From a virus, in the IMG/VR virus record IMGVR_UViG_3300005915_000001, positions 2,532 to 66,531 of that record: a stretch of 64,000 nt of DNA, one strand, 5' to 3'. The notes beneath the pieces were generated by a model. That model was not told where the DNA came from. It made no database searches and saw only the letters and a program-made list of their open reading frames with translations. Within the stretch, counting starts at the first letter, position 1. Every line of letters begins with the position of its first letter. Below are positions 53,012 to 62,967 of this stretch, piece after piece. The translations under genes and the position numbers were made by a program.

Positions 53012-54678
53012 TTGATTGGTATTCCTTTTAATTGAGATACAACCATATTAAACCAATCGGGGTCTTTTAATGCAAAATTTACAGGATCTGTCCACAAGTT
53101 TTCAAAACCTACAGATGTAATTTCTTTAAATTCTCCATCAATAGTCGCTCTTCCCGCATAAGAATTTATCTCACCGAATTTATCAATGAAACCTTCAACC
53201 TGATATTCTGGGATTATACCGATTTTTTCACCTATGGTTCTCGATTTACCAAATGCGTTTTGCGATTCCAAAAATCCATCTGTTTGATGTGTAATATGAT
53301 GACCAAGCTCATGCACAAAAGTTGATTTTGAATCAGTCCGTAAAGTTATATATTGTAAATCAGGTTCATACATTCCAAGTGACGATAAATTTTTATCCTT
53401 TCTCATTCCAATATTTTCAAATCCTAATTTTGTTTTTCTATTTTTTGGTATCCAACTCAATATTTCATCTGTTTCATCTTGAAAAGATTTCATACTTGAT
53501 TCTATTATTGTAATGCTTCCTTTTTTATTAACAGATTCTCTAAGTATGTTACGTTTATTTAACAAAAGAGTATTGAGATCATTTTCCTTTGATCTTAATT
53601 CTTTATGTAGTTTAATATATGAATCCCGATTTTTAATAATATCATCAGCACTAGATGATTTATGCCAAATCAACCTTGCATTACTCTCGTCAAACTCTAA
53701 CTGTGCAACTAAATTTTTAGTTGATAGAATATCAAAATCTGATGATACAATCTTTTGCCTATATTCTTCAGCCGTCTTAAATTTTGTATCTTCAACCTCT
53801 GGTTTTATTCTCTTCGCCATTGCCTTCGGTGAAACTGGTATCCATGCACAACGACAATTTGGATGAATTGGTATTATTCCATGAGCTTCTTTGATTGTGT
53901 ATGTAGTACCATTTAATCCAGCACACTCAGCACACACTCGATCATCACCAGCCGTCGACCATTCTACCATAGCATCTACTTCTTCAATACCAAGCCTGCC
54001 GAACGAATCTAATTGGCCTTCTGCGTGTGCTCGAATCACTTCAGTACGAGCTAAAACCCAAGCCCGTGTCTTTGTGATTTTAGAAATATTCTTTTGCAAT
54101 TTCCTTGCAAGAACTGCTGGGCCTTCACCAGTTGATAAGCCATCAGCAAGAATACGACTCATCTGCTGATCCATTGTCGCAGAGACACCTTTAAGCTCTG
54201 AGAACGTTCTAGTATAAATAGATTGAACTTTACTAATAGTTTCCGGCTGGTTGAAGGCATCATTAAGGAACTGATCTTTAGTTCCGGTATAATCTATCAT
54301 TCTGTTAGCTTCAGTGAATCCACGGTCATATCCTTTCCTGTATGAGGGTCCCACGTAGTCGTTAGTCCATGAATCACCAAGACCATCAGTAGTTAAGATT
54401 CCTAAATCGACTTCTTTACTAAGCCACTTCTGAAACTCTTGGATCTTCTCCCCATCGTTCCGAAATCGCCATTCTTGTCGGTTAGCTAACATCCCGTCGT
54501 CTTGTCTATTAAGTTTTAAAGGAACCGCTATTTCTAATCCAAACACATCATCAGTTACTACCAAAGCCCAGACTTCTTTACTAAGCTTTTTGAACCGACG
54601 CGTCATATCCGCAACGAATCTTCGCCGTAAGATCGTTGTCCTACTTGGATCACGTTTTAGGCTGGGCATCGTCGTCAC
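53008..54678 (-). CDS. MuF/SPP1 gp7 minor head protein with C-terminal zincin (HExxH) domain
   Basis: LARTE, DDRVC..C, PIHPNCRC (MuF); FVHELGHHI...E in the extension. Confidence 0.85.
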   Translation of the reverse strand: MTTMPSLKRDPSRTTILRRRFVADMTRRFKKLSKEVWALVVTDDVFGLEIAVPLKLNRQDDGMLANRQEWRFRNDGEKIQEFQKWLSKEVDLGILTTDGLGDSWTNDYVGPSYRKGYDRGFTEANRMIDYTGTKDQFLNDAFNQPETISKVQSIYTRTFSELKGVSATMDQQMSRILADGLSTGEGPAVLARKLQKNISKITKTRAWVLARTEVIRAHAEGQLDSFGRLGIEEVDAMVEWSTAGDDRVCAECAGLNGTTYTIKEAHGIIPIHPNCRCAWIPVSPKAMAKRIKPEVEDTKFKTAEEYRQKIVSSDFDILSTKNLVAQLEFDESNARLIWHKSSSADDIIKNRDSYIKLHKELRSKENDLNTLLLNKRNILRESVNKKGSITIIESSMKSFQDETDEILSWIPKNRKTKLGFENIGMRKDKNLSSLGMYEPDLQYITLRTDSKSTFVHELGHHITHQTDGFLESQNAFGKSRTIGEKIGIIPEYQVEGFIDKFGEINSYAGRATIDGEFKEITSVGFENLWTDPVNFALKDPDWFNMVVSQLKGIPIK

Positions 54679-56110
54679 TCAGTTTGTCGTCGTCTAAAAC
54701 CTTTTGCAATTTGCCTTCATCGATTTGGTCATCAACAAAGGAATCAGTTTCTTTCATTATGGCTTCAGCTTCTTCATCAGTGAAGTTAAGCACCTTAGTG
54801 AGAAAGGACATTGGTTCAATGAGTGTATCAGCACCTGAAGTCATATACTTAGCAATCGCTTCAGTGATTGACTTAGCAATCTCAGCTTGAATCTTTGGAT
54901 CAAGTTCTTCAAGTGATGGCCAAGTGACTTCATAAGTCTTACTCTTAGGCTCTGGTAGAATCCCCAGTCCAATGAATCGATCAATCGTAGTTCTAACTAT
55001 GCTTGAAGTGATATGTCCATTTTGTCGTCTTGTGATTCGTCGATTCAGATCTTTACTGTCATCAGCACCAGCGAGCTTTGATTCTTCAGTACCAAGAAAC
55101 TTTCGGTATGGAACATTGAGTGCAATTCCAATAGCCTTGAGCTGAACCAAAAAGAACTCTGCAGGGGATTCAATATTCACTTCCAGAGTTTTAGCAGTAA
55201 CACCAACCAGTGCCATGAATCTTTGCAGATGATTAGAGTAATCAGTGAACTCAGATCTTAATGCAGTCTTCTCATCAGTCGTTAATTTAGTTGTTCGTTC
55301 CTTATCAACTTCAAATGCAATACCAGGAAATCCACCTTTCCAAAACATCTCTGCACTTGATCCTAAAAGCTTTTTACAGTCGATAACATAATTATATACA
55401 GGCTGAAGTCTAGGGACACCATAGGTGTCACTCACTCCTTTGTTGTCAGCGATATGAATAACACGAGTCCAATGTACACCAACCTCAGTAGATGTTAATC
55501 CATCCCCAATCTCAATGTCACTTAGAGCATACATCTCAGGTTGTCCAAACCTGGAACTAGTTTGATCTACTACACTTTTCTTTACAGTAAGAACACCTTC
55601 ACTCAACGGCTTGAGGTATGCTAATTTAAGCTTCAATGGACTTTTAATCTTGCCTGTTTTTAAATCAAATCCATCAATAGGTTCATTGAGTTTCTTACCA
55701 TCAGTGACACCGATCAACAATGCTCCAAATCTACCAATTCCACTTAACACATCGAGACGATACCAGACGTTGTTCAGTTGAAATTTTTTCTCAATCTCAT
55801 CAAGAACCTTTTCAAACTCAGTGTCTTCAGCTTCATCATCTTCAGTGATCTTTGGTAGCACGCTCCAACATTCTTCAGGCCACAAATTAACAACTCGTGT
55901 CCCTATGCCGTTGCGATTATAAACTTTCTGGTAATCATTAATTCCTAAAACAGTAGGATATCCACACTCTTCATCAATACTACGTGTATTGTCACTACCG
56001 ATTTCTGAAAGAATACTTTGACGCAAAATAAAAGCATTTTGTAGCATCTTATTAGTGAGCATATACTCAGCTTTTTTATTCGCTGCTCTTGTTTCCGAGG
56101 ATTTACTCAT
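54650..56110 (-). CDS. portal protein (DUF1073-like)
   Basis: VHWTRVIH, G.PRLQP.YN, E.FWK; position after TerL. Confidence 0.85.
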   Translation of the reverse strand: MSKSSETRAANKKAEYMLTNKMLQNAFILRQSILSEIGSDNTRSIDEECGYPTVLGINDYQKVYNRNGIGTRVVNLWPEECWSVLPKITEDDEAEDTEFEKVLDEIEKKFQLNNVWYRLDVLSGIGRFGALLIGVTDGKKLNEPIDGFDLKTGKIKSPLKLKLAYLKPLSEGVLTVKKSVVDQTSSRFGQPEMYALSDIEIGDGLTSTEVGVHWTRVIHIADNKGVSDTYGVPRLQPVYNYVIDCKKLLGSSAEMFWKGGFPGIAFEVDKERTTKLTTDEKTALRSEFTDYSNHLQRFMALVGVTAKTLEVNIESPAEFFLVQLKAIGIALNVPYRKFLGTEESKLAGADDSKDLNRRITRRQNGHITSSIVRTTIDRFIGLGILPEPKSKTYEVTWPSLEELDPKIQAEIAKSITEAIAKYMTSGADTLIEPMSFLTKVLNFTDEEAEAIMKETDSFVDDQIDEGKLQKVLDDDKLSDDDAQPKT

Positions 56111-57954
56111 AGCGTGCCCACTTCAATTTCACCTATACTTAATTTATTGAATGCTCCTGATGACGCATCAACTTGGTCTTTATATTTAGATGCAGGAAAG
56201 TATGCTAATTCATCAATATAATCTTTGTTCCAATTCGCTTTGACCATAAACACATTGCAAGTATTCACTTGATCTGCGAATGGTCCAGCTCTGACTATTT
56301 TGTTTCCATCACCACTACCAACCTTGTCTACTTTGATCGAGTGACCAATGAGATTTTTAACAGTGTATGATGCTTGATCCTTACCGCCGCTACCTGGCTC
56401 TTGCTCAATCCAAATATCTGTTGAACGATCATCGTTCTTAGCAGTTTGTTTTATTGTTTTTTCACGTTCGTCCATTGACCATTGACCACGAACAACATCA
56501 AGAACCCATATACTTCCATTCTTATGCAGTCCCATTTCAACGCCAGCAGTATAACATCCACCACCTTGTGTTCCTGCTTTGTCCCAATATCTAGTAATTT
56601 TCTGAAAGTAGTTTGCAGCCGGTCTAACATCGGTGATCATTCTGCCTGGTTTGAACATTGCTCCACCACGTGGCACAGGTCTTTGCTCAAACTGCCCTGC
56701 GTAAGCAAATGTACCAAGTGTTTTCCTATTAGATTTCAAAACCTCTTCTGATAATCGAATGGGATCTAAGTATCCGTCAATATAGCGCTCTTTTAAGCAC
56801 TCAGGCTTGACATCATTTTCAACTTTATCAGGCAAACAAATCTGCCTGACCGATTCATAATTGTCAAGCATGTGTTGTGTGCAATCATTCTGATGAAGCC
56901 GTTGCATAATAAGCCAAGTCGGAGTTAATAGCTTATCAACCTTTCGTGTAAACAATGTTTCCGACATTACACTGTTCGCTTTATCTAGTTTGATCTTGCT
57001 AACAGCTTCTCTTGGATTCAACGGGTCATCAACCCCAATAAAGTGTGCATGGAATCCCATGACTGTTCCATCCATGCCGAAGCTGTATCGTGATCCACCT
57101 TTTGTATTTTCAAAGTGCGTTTTTGCTTGCTGATCCTTGGCAAGTCTTAATTCTGGAAAGACTCTTTTATATTTGTCACTACGTACAAGCTTACGATTCA
57201 ATCTTGCAAGGTTCCCAGCCAACGTACCTGAGTAACTACCACCTAACGTTCTTGCTGACGGCATCCTGGTCCACGTCCAAGGACTATGCATTACTGAACA
57301 GACTGTTGACTTAGATTGTCCAGGTGGTAGATTAAAGATTAGATCATAAAGCTTTGGTAGATTTTTAAAGACTCTTTCTGAAATGATTTGCAGTTCATCA
57401 CACATCAATTCAATGTGCCAATTCCATACTGGAGTCTCTTGGATTATCTCACCCCAAAACTCCTGAACGAAATCAAAGTAATTTTCCCTACAAATCGAAG
57501 CAATTAGTTCATCTTCTTCATAATGTGTATTTGAACCAAGCCTTGTCTCAATGAGCAGCTGTCGTCGATCAACCAATGATATCCCAAGACTGTCAAGTGA
57601 TGCAGCAAGTTTACAAGGCTCTAAGACTCTTATTTGCGAAGTATTAAGTTTCGATGTATCAAACTCTTCACATTCAATGACACATTTCTGAAAAGCTGTT
57701 CGTGTTAGTTCACTCGGTTTTGTAAAAAGTATATGATCGAAATTCAAACGAGGAAACATTGCAAAGCGTTCTTTTAAAGCTAACTCTGCGTCCACTGGGT
57801 TGTCAGACAACCAAAGACCACTATTCGAAGAAAGAATCCAAAGAAGTAAAACGTCACGTGCGGTATTATTAACATCGTTTAGAACTTTTAAATGCTTCAC
57901 ATCGTCGAACGACGATTTTAAATGATCTGGACATTGAACGTCTAGGGTTATCAT
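56107..57954 (-). CDS. terL: terminase large subunit
   Basis: PPGQSKS, VDDP, MQRLH..D, YWDKA, EQEPGSGGK, DQVDA. Confidence 0.93.
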   Translation of the reverse strand: MITLDVQCPDHLKSSFDDVKHLKVLNDVNNTARDVLLLWILSSNSGLWLSDNPVDAELALKERFAMFPRLNFDHILFTKPSELTRTAFQKCVIECEEFDTSKLNTSQIRVLEPCKLAASLDSLGISLVDRRQLLIETRLGSNTHYEEDELIASICRENYFDFVQEFWGEIIQETPVWNWHIELMCDELQIISERVFKNLPKLYDLIFNLPPGQSKSTVCSVMHSPWTWTRMPSARTLGGSYSGTLAGNLARLNRKLVRSDKYKRVFPELRLAKDQQAKTHFENTKGGSRYSFGMDGTVMGFHAHFIGVDDPLNPREAVSKIKLDKANSVMSETLFTRKVDKLLTPTWLIMQRLHQNDCTQHMLDNYESVRQICLPDKVENDVKPECLKERYIDGYLDPIRLSEEVLKSNRKTLGTFAYAGQFEQRPVPRGGAMFKPGRMITDVRPAANYFQKITRYWDKAGTQGGGCYTAGVEMGLHKNGSIWVLDVVRGQWSMDEREKTIKQTAKNDDRSTDIWIEQEPGSGGKDQASYTVKNLIGHSIKVDKVGSGDGNKIVRAGPFADQVNTCNVFMVKANWNKDYIDELAYFPASKYKDQVDASSGAFNKLSIGEIEVGTL

Positions 57955-57960
57955 AATACT

Positions 57961-58635
57961 TTATTCAACGACTGAATCAATCGTAGGAAGCACATTAATA
58001 TGAATCTTTGGATTAAGTTTATCGTTCAGTGGTAGTCTGACTCTTTCATCAATAGCTGCTGCTATTGCCTCGGCGATGGCCATATTTTCTACACCACAAA
58101 CATCATTAATTGCCATGATGATTTGCTGAACGATTAAGTTAATCACCTTGATACTTACTTTGTCACTCGATTCCTTCTCAAGCTTCGATGCGGCAAGTAC
58201 AAGTTCTTTTACATTTTTTAACGACTCACTTAACGTCTGAAGAATCAATGCTTTAACCTCAGGTGTTAATTTCTTTGATACTTCTGGATCAAACAAAGGT
58301 TGAGAAAGTGATAAAGCCTCACCAGCACTGACTCTTGCTAATGCAAGTTCTTCGTACAAACTAATCTGTTCATCATGAGGTGCATCCATTAATTCAAGGA
58401 CACGTTGTGAAAGTTTTGGACCTAAGTACTTTGTATAAAACATTGGAAGTCTTCTTTTATTTAGTTTACGTTCCAGTGCTCTTAAAGTATTTCGACCACC
58501 ATGAAACTGACAATTATTTGCACCTCTCAATGCCCATCGTTTACAACGAACTCTTGTGACAGTTGAGTTAGCTCTGCACTGCCTTGGATGATCATCTGGT
58601 GGAGCCCCTCCAGGTGGATTACCTTTGCCTGCCAT
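57961..58635 (-). CDS. terminase small subunit-like protein
   Basis: C....C....C.FHGG N-terminal motif; directly upstream of terL. Confidence 0.65.
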   Translation of the reverse strand: MAGKGNPPGGAPPDDHPRQCRANSTVTRVRCKRWALRGANNCQFHGGRNTLRALERKLNKRRLPMFYTKYLGPKLSQRVLELMDAPHDEQISLYEELALARVSAGEALSLSQPLFDPEVSKKLTPEVKALILQTLSESLKNVKELVLAASKLEKESSDKVSIKVINLIVQQIIMAINDVCGVENMAIAEAIAAAIDERVRLPLNDKLNPKIHINVLPTIDSVVE

Positions 58636-58660
58636 AGAGTCCTCTTCTCTAACTAATAGT

Positions 58661-58689
58661 ATTGTATACTATTATATCTACAATGTAAA
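58661..58689 (-). promoter_or_regulatory. sigma70-type promoter for the packaging/structural operon
   Basis: TTTACA-17 nt-TACAAT upstream of terS. Confidence 0.65.
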
Positions 58690-58741
58690 TAGTAATATCG
58701 ATTAGTTTTAAACTGAAATGTTTATTCAGACTTGTTATGTC

Positions 58742-59548
58742 TTAAAAGAATTTATCTAACATATCGTCGATCTTTTTATCTTTAGGATTTTTGTACGTTG
58801 GATCGATACGAATTGCAGCATCATCAAAATAGAATTCGCCTAACTCAATGCCTATGAAACTTCTGTTTAAATTTACGCATGCAACACCTGTTGTACCACT
58901 ACCCATACAAAAGTCCAAGACTGTATCGTTTTCGTTTGTATATGTCTTGATTAAGTATTCCATTAATGCCACAGGCTTTTGGGTGGGATGGATCTGATTA
59001 GCATTATGCTTACTAGGTACTTTTAGAATTGATTTTGGGTAATTTTCGTGTGGTGATATCAATGTCTGCCTATGCGATTTTCTAGGACCATATCCTATAG
59101 TGCCAGTAGTTCCTCTTGATGGTCTGTAACTTTTTCTATTTACTTCAACTAATCCTTGGGGATTGTATACCATTCGCAAATCTGATTGCCCAACATGCAC
59201 AGTTGTTCCACTAGAAAATACTACGATATTCTCATGGTATTTCAATGGTTTGTTTTTTGCATGAATATGTCCTGATGGTCTACTCTTCTGCCAAATCCAT
59301 TCATACTTAAACATCTTACGATTAGAACTAATCAACGTAGTCGTGAATGGTTGTGATGCTGTCATCACGATTGCACCATTAGATTTAATCACACGTTTCA
59401 ACTGTTTCCACATTGGCTCCAACGGTATTATCGAATCCCACCCGCAAGCCGTTGTACCATACGGAGGATCGGCCAATACCATATCAACTGATCCATCAGG
59501 AATCGATTTCATTTCTTCAAGACATTCACCATTGATTAGTCTAAGCAT
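58742..59548 (-). CDS. N4C/N6A DNA methyltransferase (beta class)
   Basis: [21 protein letters not shown]; start probably MLRLING. Confidence 0.92.
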   Translation of the reverse strand: MLRLINGECLEEMKSIPDGSVDMVLADPPYGTTACGWDSIIPLEPMWKQLKRVIKSNGAIVMTASQPFTTTLISSNRKMFKYEWIWQKSRPSGHIHAKNKPLKYHENIVVFSSGTTVHVGQSDLRMVYNPQGLVEVNRKSYRPSRGTTGTIGYGPRKSHRQTLISPHENYPKSILKVPSKHNANQIHPTQKPVALMEYLIKTYTNENDTVLDFCMGSGTTGVACVNLNRSFIGIELGEFYFDDAAIRIDPTYKNPKDKKIDDMLDKFF

Positions 59549-59741
59549 GCAGCACGTTCTCAATTACTTTCTTTGTTGACTCAGGAATAGATTCATAGAT
59601 GTCATTCTCTAAGTTCCATTGGTACTGGGGTGTCCATCCGCACTTATAAGCGAACTCACTAATATTCAAATTCAATTCAGACCTAGCTCGTGCCAAGTCT
59701 TTTCCAACGAACATAAATCGTTGGTCTACCAGTTTAAACAA
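59541..59741 (-). CDS. XRE-family helix-turn-helix protein
   Basis: LARAR..LNL...EFA..CGW...Y..NLE. Confidence 0.7.
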   Translation of the reverse strand: MFKLVDQRFMFVGKDLARARSELNLNISEFAYKCGWTPQYQWNLENDIYESIPESTKKVIENVLHA

Positions 59742-59758
59742 GTTACACCTCCTTGTTC

Positions 59759-60124
59759 TTAAACTAAATCATCTGAATGTATTTCGAAAGCTTCGACAAC
59801 TGCAATTTTCAATCCACGCTTTATTTCAACGATTTGATTTCGTAATGCTTGTATTCTTGCTTCATTCTCACTAATAACTTTATTGTTTGCAATTTCATTA
59901 CAAGAATAAAATGTTTCATAATCTACGTATGACAACTCACTAAAACCACTTAATGAATATCCAATAAGCTGAGCAAACTGCATTCGTTCTTGCTGTGTAA
60001 AATCCATCGTTGATATTTCATTCATATCAATCAATGCATTCTCCAACAACTTTTCAACAATACGATTAGGAATAAACCTATTATCTTTGATCGGTTGTAT
60101 CGGCATGGTGGTTTCTTCGCTCAT
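59759..60124 (-). CDS. hypothetical protein
   Basis: PIQP..., QFAQLIGYSLSGF.ELSYV. Confidence 0.7.
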   Translation of the reverse strand: MSEETTMPIQPIKDNRFIPNRIVEKLLENALIDMNEISTMDFTQQERMQFAQLIGYSLSGFSELSYVDYETFYSCNEIANNKVISENEARIQALRNQIVEIKRGLKIAVVEAFEIHSDDLV

Positions 60125-60126
60125 AA

Positions 60127-60400
60127 TTACACAGTCCTTCCATTAATGCGTAATGATCCTGGAGCGATTCCTTTTATTGGCCCGTTTATTCTTAGTGGAT
60201 GATCAATTAGAAATTCAAAATCATCAGGATGAGTGTTTTCTTTGAAGTTCTTACATTGCCACAGAAAAATCTTTCGTCCATTCAGTTGGTGTTGCTGTTG
60301 GTGCTGGAAGTCTATTAACCATAGCACCCACTGACACTATGAGCAACGCTGGTGCGATCAATGTCACTAAGGTACTTTGTAGAAATTGTCTTCGGTTCAT
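60127..60400 (-). pseudogene. Tat-signal-like protein, probably frameshifted at A5 run 60265-60269
   Basis: MNRRQFLQ + hydrophobic stretch from ATG 60400 stops at 60251; removing one base joins it to ...LWQCKNFKENTHPDD... ending at 60127. Confidence 0.5.
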
Positions 60401-60585
60401 AATCTGACGCTCCATATTAAATACATTAAGTACATTGGTGTAATAATTACTAATACAGCGATCATCTTACAGATAGTGTTGTAGACACTTTGATCACGCT
60501 TAGTATACTTTACAGTCCAGTAATCTAAGAGTGCAGAACACATACACAATAACGCATATGTTAAATAGATTCTATGAATCATCAT
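60397..60585 (-). CDS. two-TM membrane protein
   Basis: Two hydrophobic helices; ATGA coupling. Confidence 0.6.
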   Translation of the reverse strand: MMIHRIYLTYALLCMCSALLDYWTVKYTKRDQSVYNTICKMIAVLVIITPMYLMYLIWSVRL

Positions 60586-60770
60586 TGCTTCCTTTCCACT
60601 GGGGCTTTGTTCGAACCCTCACACGATATCAACCAGTTTTTCATTCCTTTATAGAGTGTGAATCTGGTATGCTTCTGTAGTGTATTATATTTGTTCAGTG
60701 CTCGCATGAGTCCACATTTAGGACACATCCCTTCACCATATTTATGACTTTTTGCTAATTTACATCCCAT
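60582..60770 (-). CDS. small Zn-finger-like protein
   Basis: CPKCG...H...C. Confidence 0.6.
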   Translation of the reverse strand: MGCKLAKSHKYGEGMCPKCGLMRALNKYNTLQKHTRFTLYKGMKNWLISCEGSNKAPVERKQ

Positions 60771-60978
60771 TGTTCTTACCTTCCTTTTGATTCACTGTCA
60801 CTACCAACTGAATGCCTTTCAATGTACTGATCGATTTATAACCTCCGGACACAGGAATCGTCTTCTTTGTTTTGTGTCCGTTGGCACACATCATGTCTTT
60901 CTTTATTCTTCTTTGATATCCCATTATGATTTGCCTTTCTATGTACTTAGACTCAGTGGACAATTCTCTTTGTAGCAA
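60760..60978 (-). CDS. hypothetical protein
   Basis: ORF; start uncertain. Confidence 0.45.
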   Translation of the reverse strand: MLQRELSTESKYIERQIIMGYQRRIKKDMMCANGHKTKKTIPVSGGYKSISTLKGIQLVVTVNQKEGKNNGM

Positions 60979-61283
60979 TTACCTTCGCATGCTGAACAGT
61001 TGTCTTTGTGATTGCAGAACGTTATTGCACGATCTCCATTAACATCGAATTGATTGATCTGATGCTCGCAGTTCATGCCAAACCAATCAGTGGTTGTAAG
61101 TGTGTTAGTTACAAGCTTCGTTGGTCCGTGTTCATTGATCAGAACTTTCATTGCAACAACTTTCTTCTCAGCGTCCTCAATGGCTTTCAACGTACCATGC
61201 TCACCTTGATAGTGGCCACCGTCACCGTGGATCACTGCAAGTAGATTACCCATGGCATAGTCTTCTTTTGTTCCGTAACTCAT
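60939..61283 (-). CDS. hypothetical protein
   Basis: RBS AGGAG; NLLAVIHGDGGHY; Cys-rich C-terminus. Confidence 0.7.
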   Translation of the reverse strand: MSYGTKEDYAMGNLLAVIHGDGGHYQGEHGTLKAIEDAEKKVVAMKVLINEHGPTKLVTNTLTTTDWFGMNCEHQINQFDVNGDRAITFCNHKDNCSACEGNCYKENCPLSLST

Positions 61284-61302
61284 AATTCGTTGCTCCTACG
61301 AA

Positions 61303-61719
61303 TTAGTTTAAGAAGGTTTCTTCGATCCATCGTACTAATGCTTCCATATTCGGTGATGGATTAAAATGTTCAGAATAGCTGTTAAGGTAGAATTCTCTAA
61401 AAGTTAGTTTCTTCTTAGATACTAATCCCAAACCACTGATATCAACCATACTGAATGCATTGCACACTTCTCTCACTGCATTGTCTTGACGATTAAGCAA
61501 ATGATTTCGATCAACGCATGCAGCAGAATGATGTGCATTGTTCGTTGTCTTACAGTAGTCACAGACGATGTCTTCTGTTATAGTGATTCTAGTAATCGTA
61601 TCAGAAGGAATACCATGTATCTCTGAAATCTTTGTGCATGCATGCGCAGGATTCTCAGCAGTCACCGATTCAACCTGCGCATGTCCATTCACTATCCAAG
61701 TTACCTTGTAATTATTCAT
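61303..61719 (-). CDS. hypothetical protein
   Basis: RBS AGGAG; CDYC..H...C. Confidence 0.7.
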   Translation of the reverse strand: MNNYKVTWIVNGHAQVESVTAENPAHACTKISEIHGIPSDTITRITITEDIVCDYCKTTNNAHHSAACVDRNHLLNRQDNAVREVCNAFSMVDISGLGLVSKKKLTFREFYLNSYSEHFNPSPNMEALVRWIEETFLN

Positions 61720-61931
61720 TTTGCCAACTCCTTAATCCTTTTAACTACCAACGAGTCTTCGATCACGAGACCAAGAACTTTGATCGCATGACATTTACTC
61801 ACAGCAGCTTGAATATATCGTTTTAATTGAGCGTCGTTTGTTACTACAAAGGCTTTTTCTAATTCATATGCTGTGATGTACGTTGAACTCATTCTACCAA
61901 CTCCCAATTGCCACCACCAAGTTCGTTGCAA
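61716..61931 (-). CDS. hypothetical protein
   Basis: ORF; start probably MSSTY (61892). Confidence 0.55.
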   Translation of the reverse strand: MQRTWWWQLGVGRMSSTYITAYELEKAFVVTNDAQLKRYIQAAVSKCHAIKVLGLVIEDSLVVKRIKELAK

Positions 61932-62104
61932 TTATTTTCCCAGAATAATTCTGTTCCGATTCCAGGTACACAGATTTTGAACATCCTTCCAAGTTTTATA
62001 TCTTTTATTTCAGAGAACGCTGATACGTTGAATTCTTCACCAACCTTGAACGCATAATCAAAATAAGAATACTTTGATCCAATGGATTTTACAATTGCTT
62101 TCAT
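61889..62104 (-). CDS. hypothetical protein
   Basis: ATGA-coupled ORF. Confidence 0.65.
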   Translation of the reverse strand: MKAIVKSIGSKYSYFDYAFKVGEEFNVSAFSEIKDIKLGRMFKICVPGIGTELFWENNCNELGGGNWELVE

Positions 62105-62322
62105 AGCTCTTTGTCCTTTTGTAAAACCTTTACTTTCATTAGTGTCCCAATGATTTCTGGATAAATAATCTCAGTAATCGTTTCATGTATCTCACTTAGA
62201 GATTTTTCATCTAAGTCTTCATAGGCTCTTTGTAATAATAAATCAATCAACCAATGCTGCTGATCATTATCGAGATTTGAAATACGGGTTCGAAAATCAG
62301 TGACTTTAGGATCTTCTTTCAT
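62101..62322 (-). CDS. hypothetical protein
   Basis: ATGA-coupled ORF. Confidence 0.65.
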   Translation of the reverse strand: MKEDPKVTDFRTRISNLDNDQQHWLIDLLLQRAYEDLDEKSLSEIHETITEIIYPEIIGTLMKVKVLQKDKEL

Positions 62323-62627
62323 AGTTCTTTGCTCCTATCTCTTTTCATGTAACAACTTTTGCACACGACACGATGTCCAATGATTCTAATTTGGATCGCT
62401 TTTAAAATGACCCATTGACGCGATTTCACTTTTACTTTCTCGCACAACGGACAACGATTCGAAGGATTAAGCCTTGACAATAATATCAGTCTACTGGAAT
62501 CACGATTACGTTTTATGTACTCATTCCACGATTCATCCCATTCTTTTCTAACGACTCTTGGTTTTTCATCTTTCTTATCAATCGTGTTACGAGCATCTTG
62601 AAACATTTTTTTATATGTATCTACCAT
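62319..62627 (-). CDS. Zn-finger-like protein
   Basis: CPLC...CKSC. Confidence 0.65.
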   Translation of the reverse strand: MVDTYKKMFQDARNTIDKKDEKPRVVRKEWDESWNEYIKRNRDSSRLILLSRLNPSNRCPLCEKVKVKSRQWVILKAIQIRIIGHRVVCKSCYMKRDRSKEL

Positions 62628-62636
62628 AAAACACCT

Positions 62637-62932
62637 GATTAAACTCGTTAGTTTAAATTTCTACAAAGTAGTTGGTAACTGATAATGTAAAGTCGTCCCG
62701 GGATAGGCCATAGACCCCTCTGTGAGTATCTATCTCTAAGTCCTTTGTTTATAAGCTTTTAAAAACGCTATGGTATTAGTTATAGATAGTTGTAGTCATT
62801 ATTAGGCTAATAAGGGTAGTGACATCCGGAAAGATAAGATAATCTCAGAGGGTCTATGGCCTTTTCAAAAAGTAGCTCTCAATTATCAGTTACCAACTAG
62901 TTGGTTGAAATTTAAACCAACTAGTTTAATTC
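62637..62932. repeat. ~295-bp element with ~85-bp imperfect terminal inverted repeats, copy 2
   Basis: ATTAAACT.GTT.GTTTAAATTTC.AC.AA.TAGTTGGTAACTGATAAT...AGGCCATAGACCC on both strands. Confidence 0.75.
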
Positions 62933-62967
62933 ACCTTAAATACTTGAAAAGTGCTAACATATCTTGT

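Noticed and set aside
54650-56110. Anti-CBASS Acb1 label sometimes attached to DUF1073 proteins
   Set aside because: Size and position between terL and MuF indicate a portal; no 2H phosphoesterase motifs noticed.
870-61826. Plus-strand ORFs in the track (e.g. 42023-42880, 41120-41881, 15037-15540)
   Set aside because: All are antisense shadows of well-supported minus-strand genes, with no recognisable motifs.
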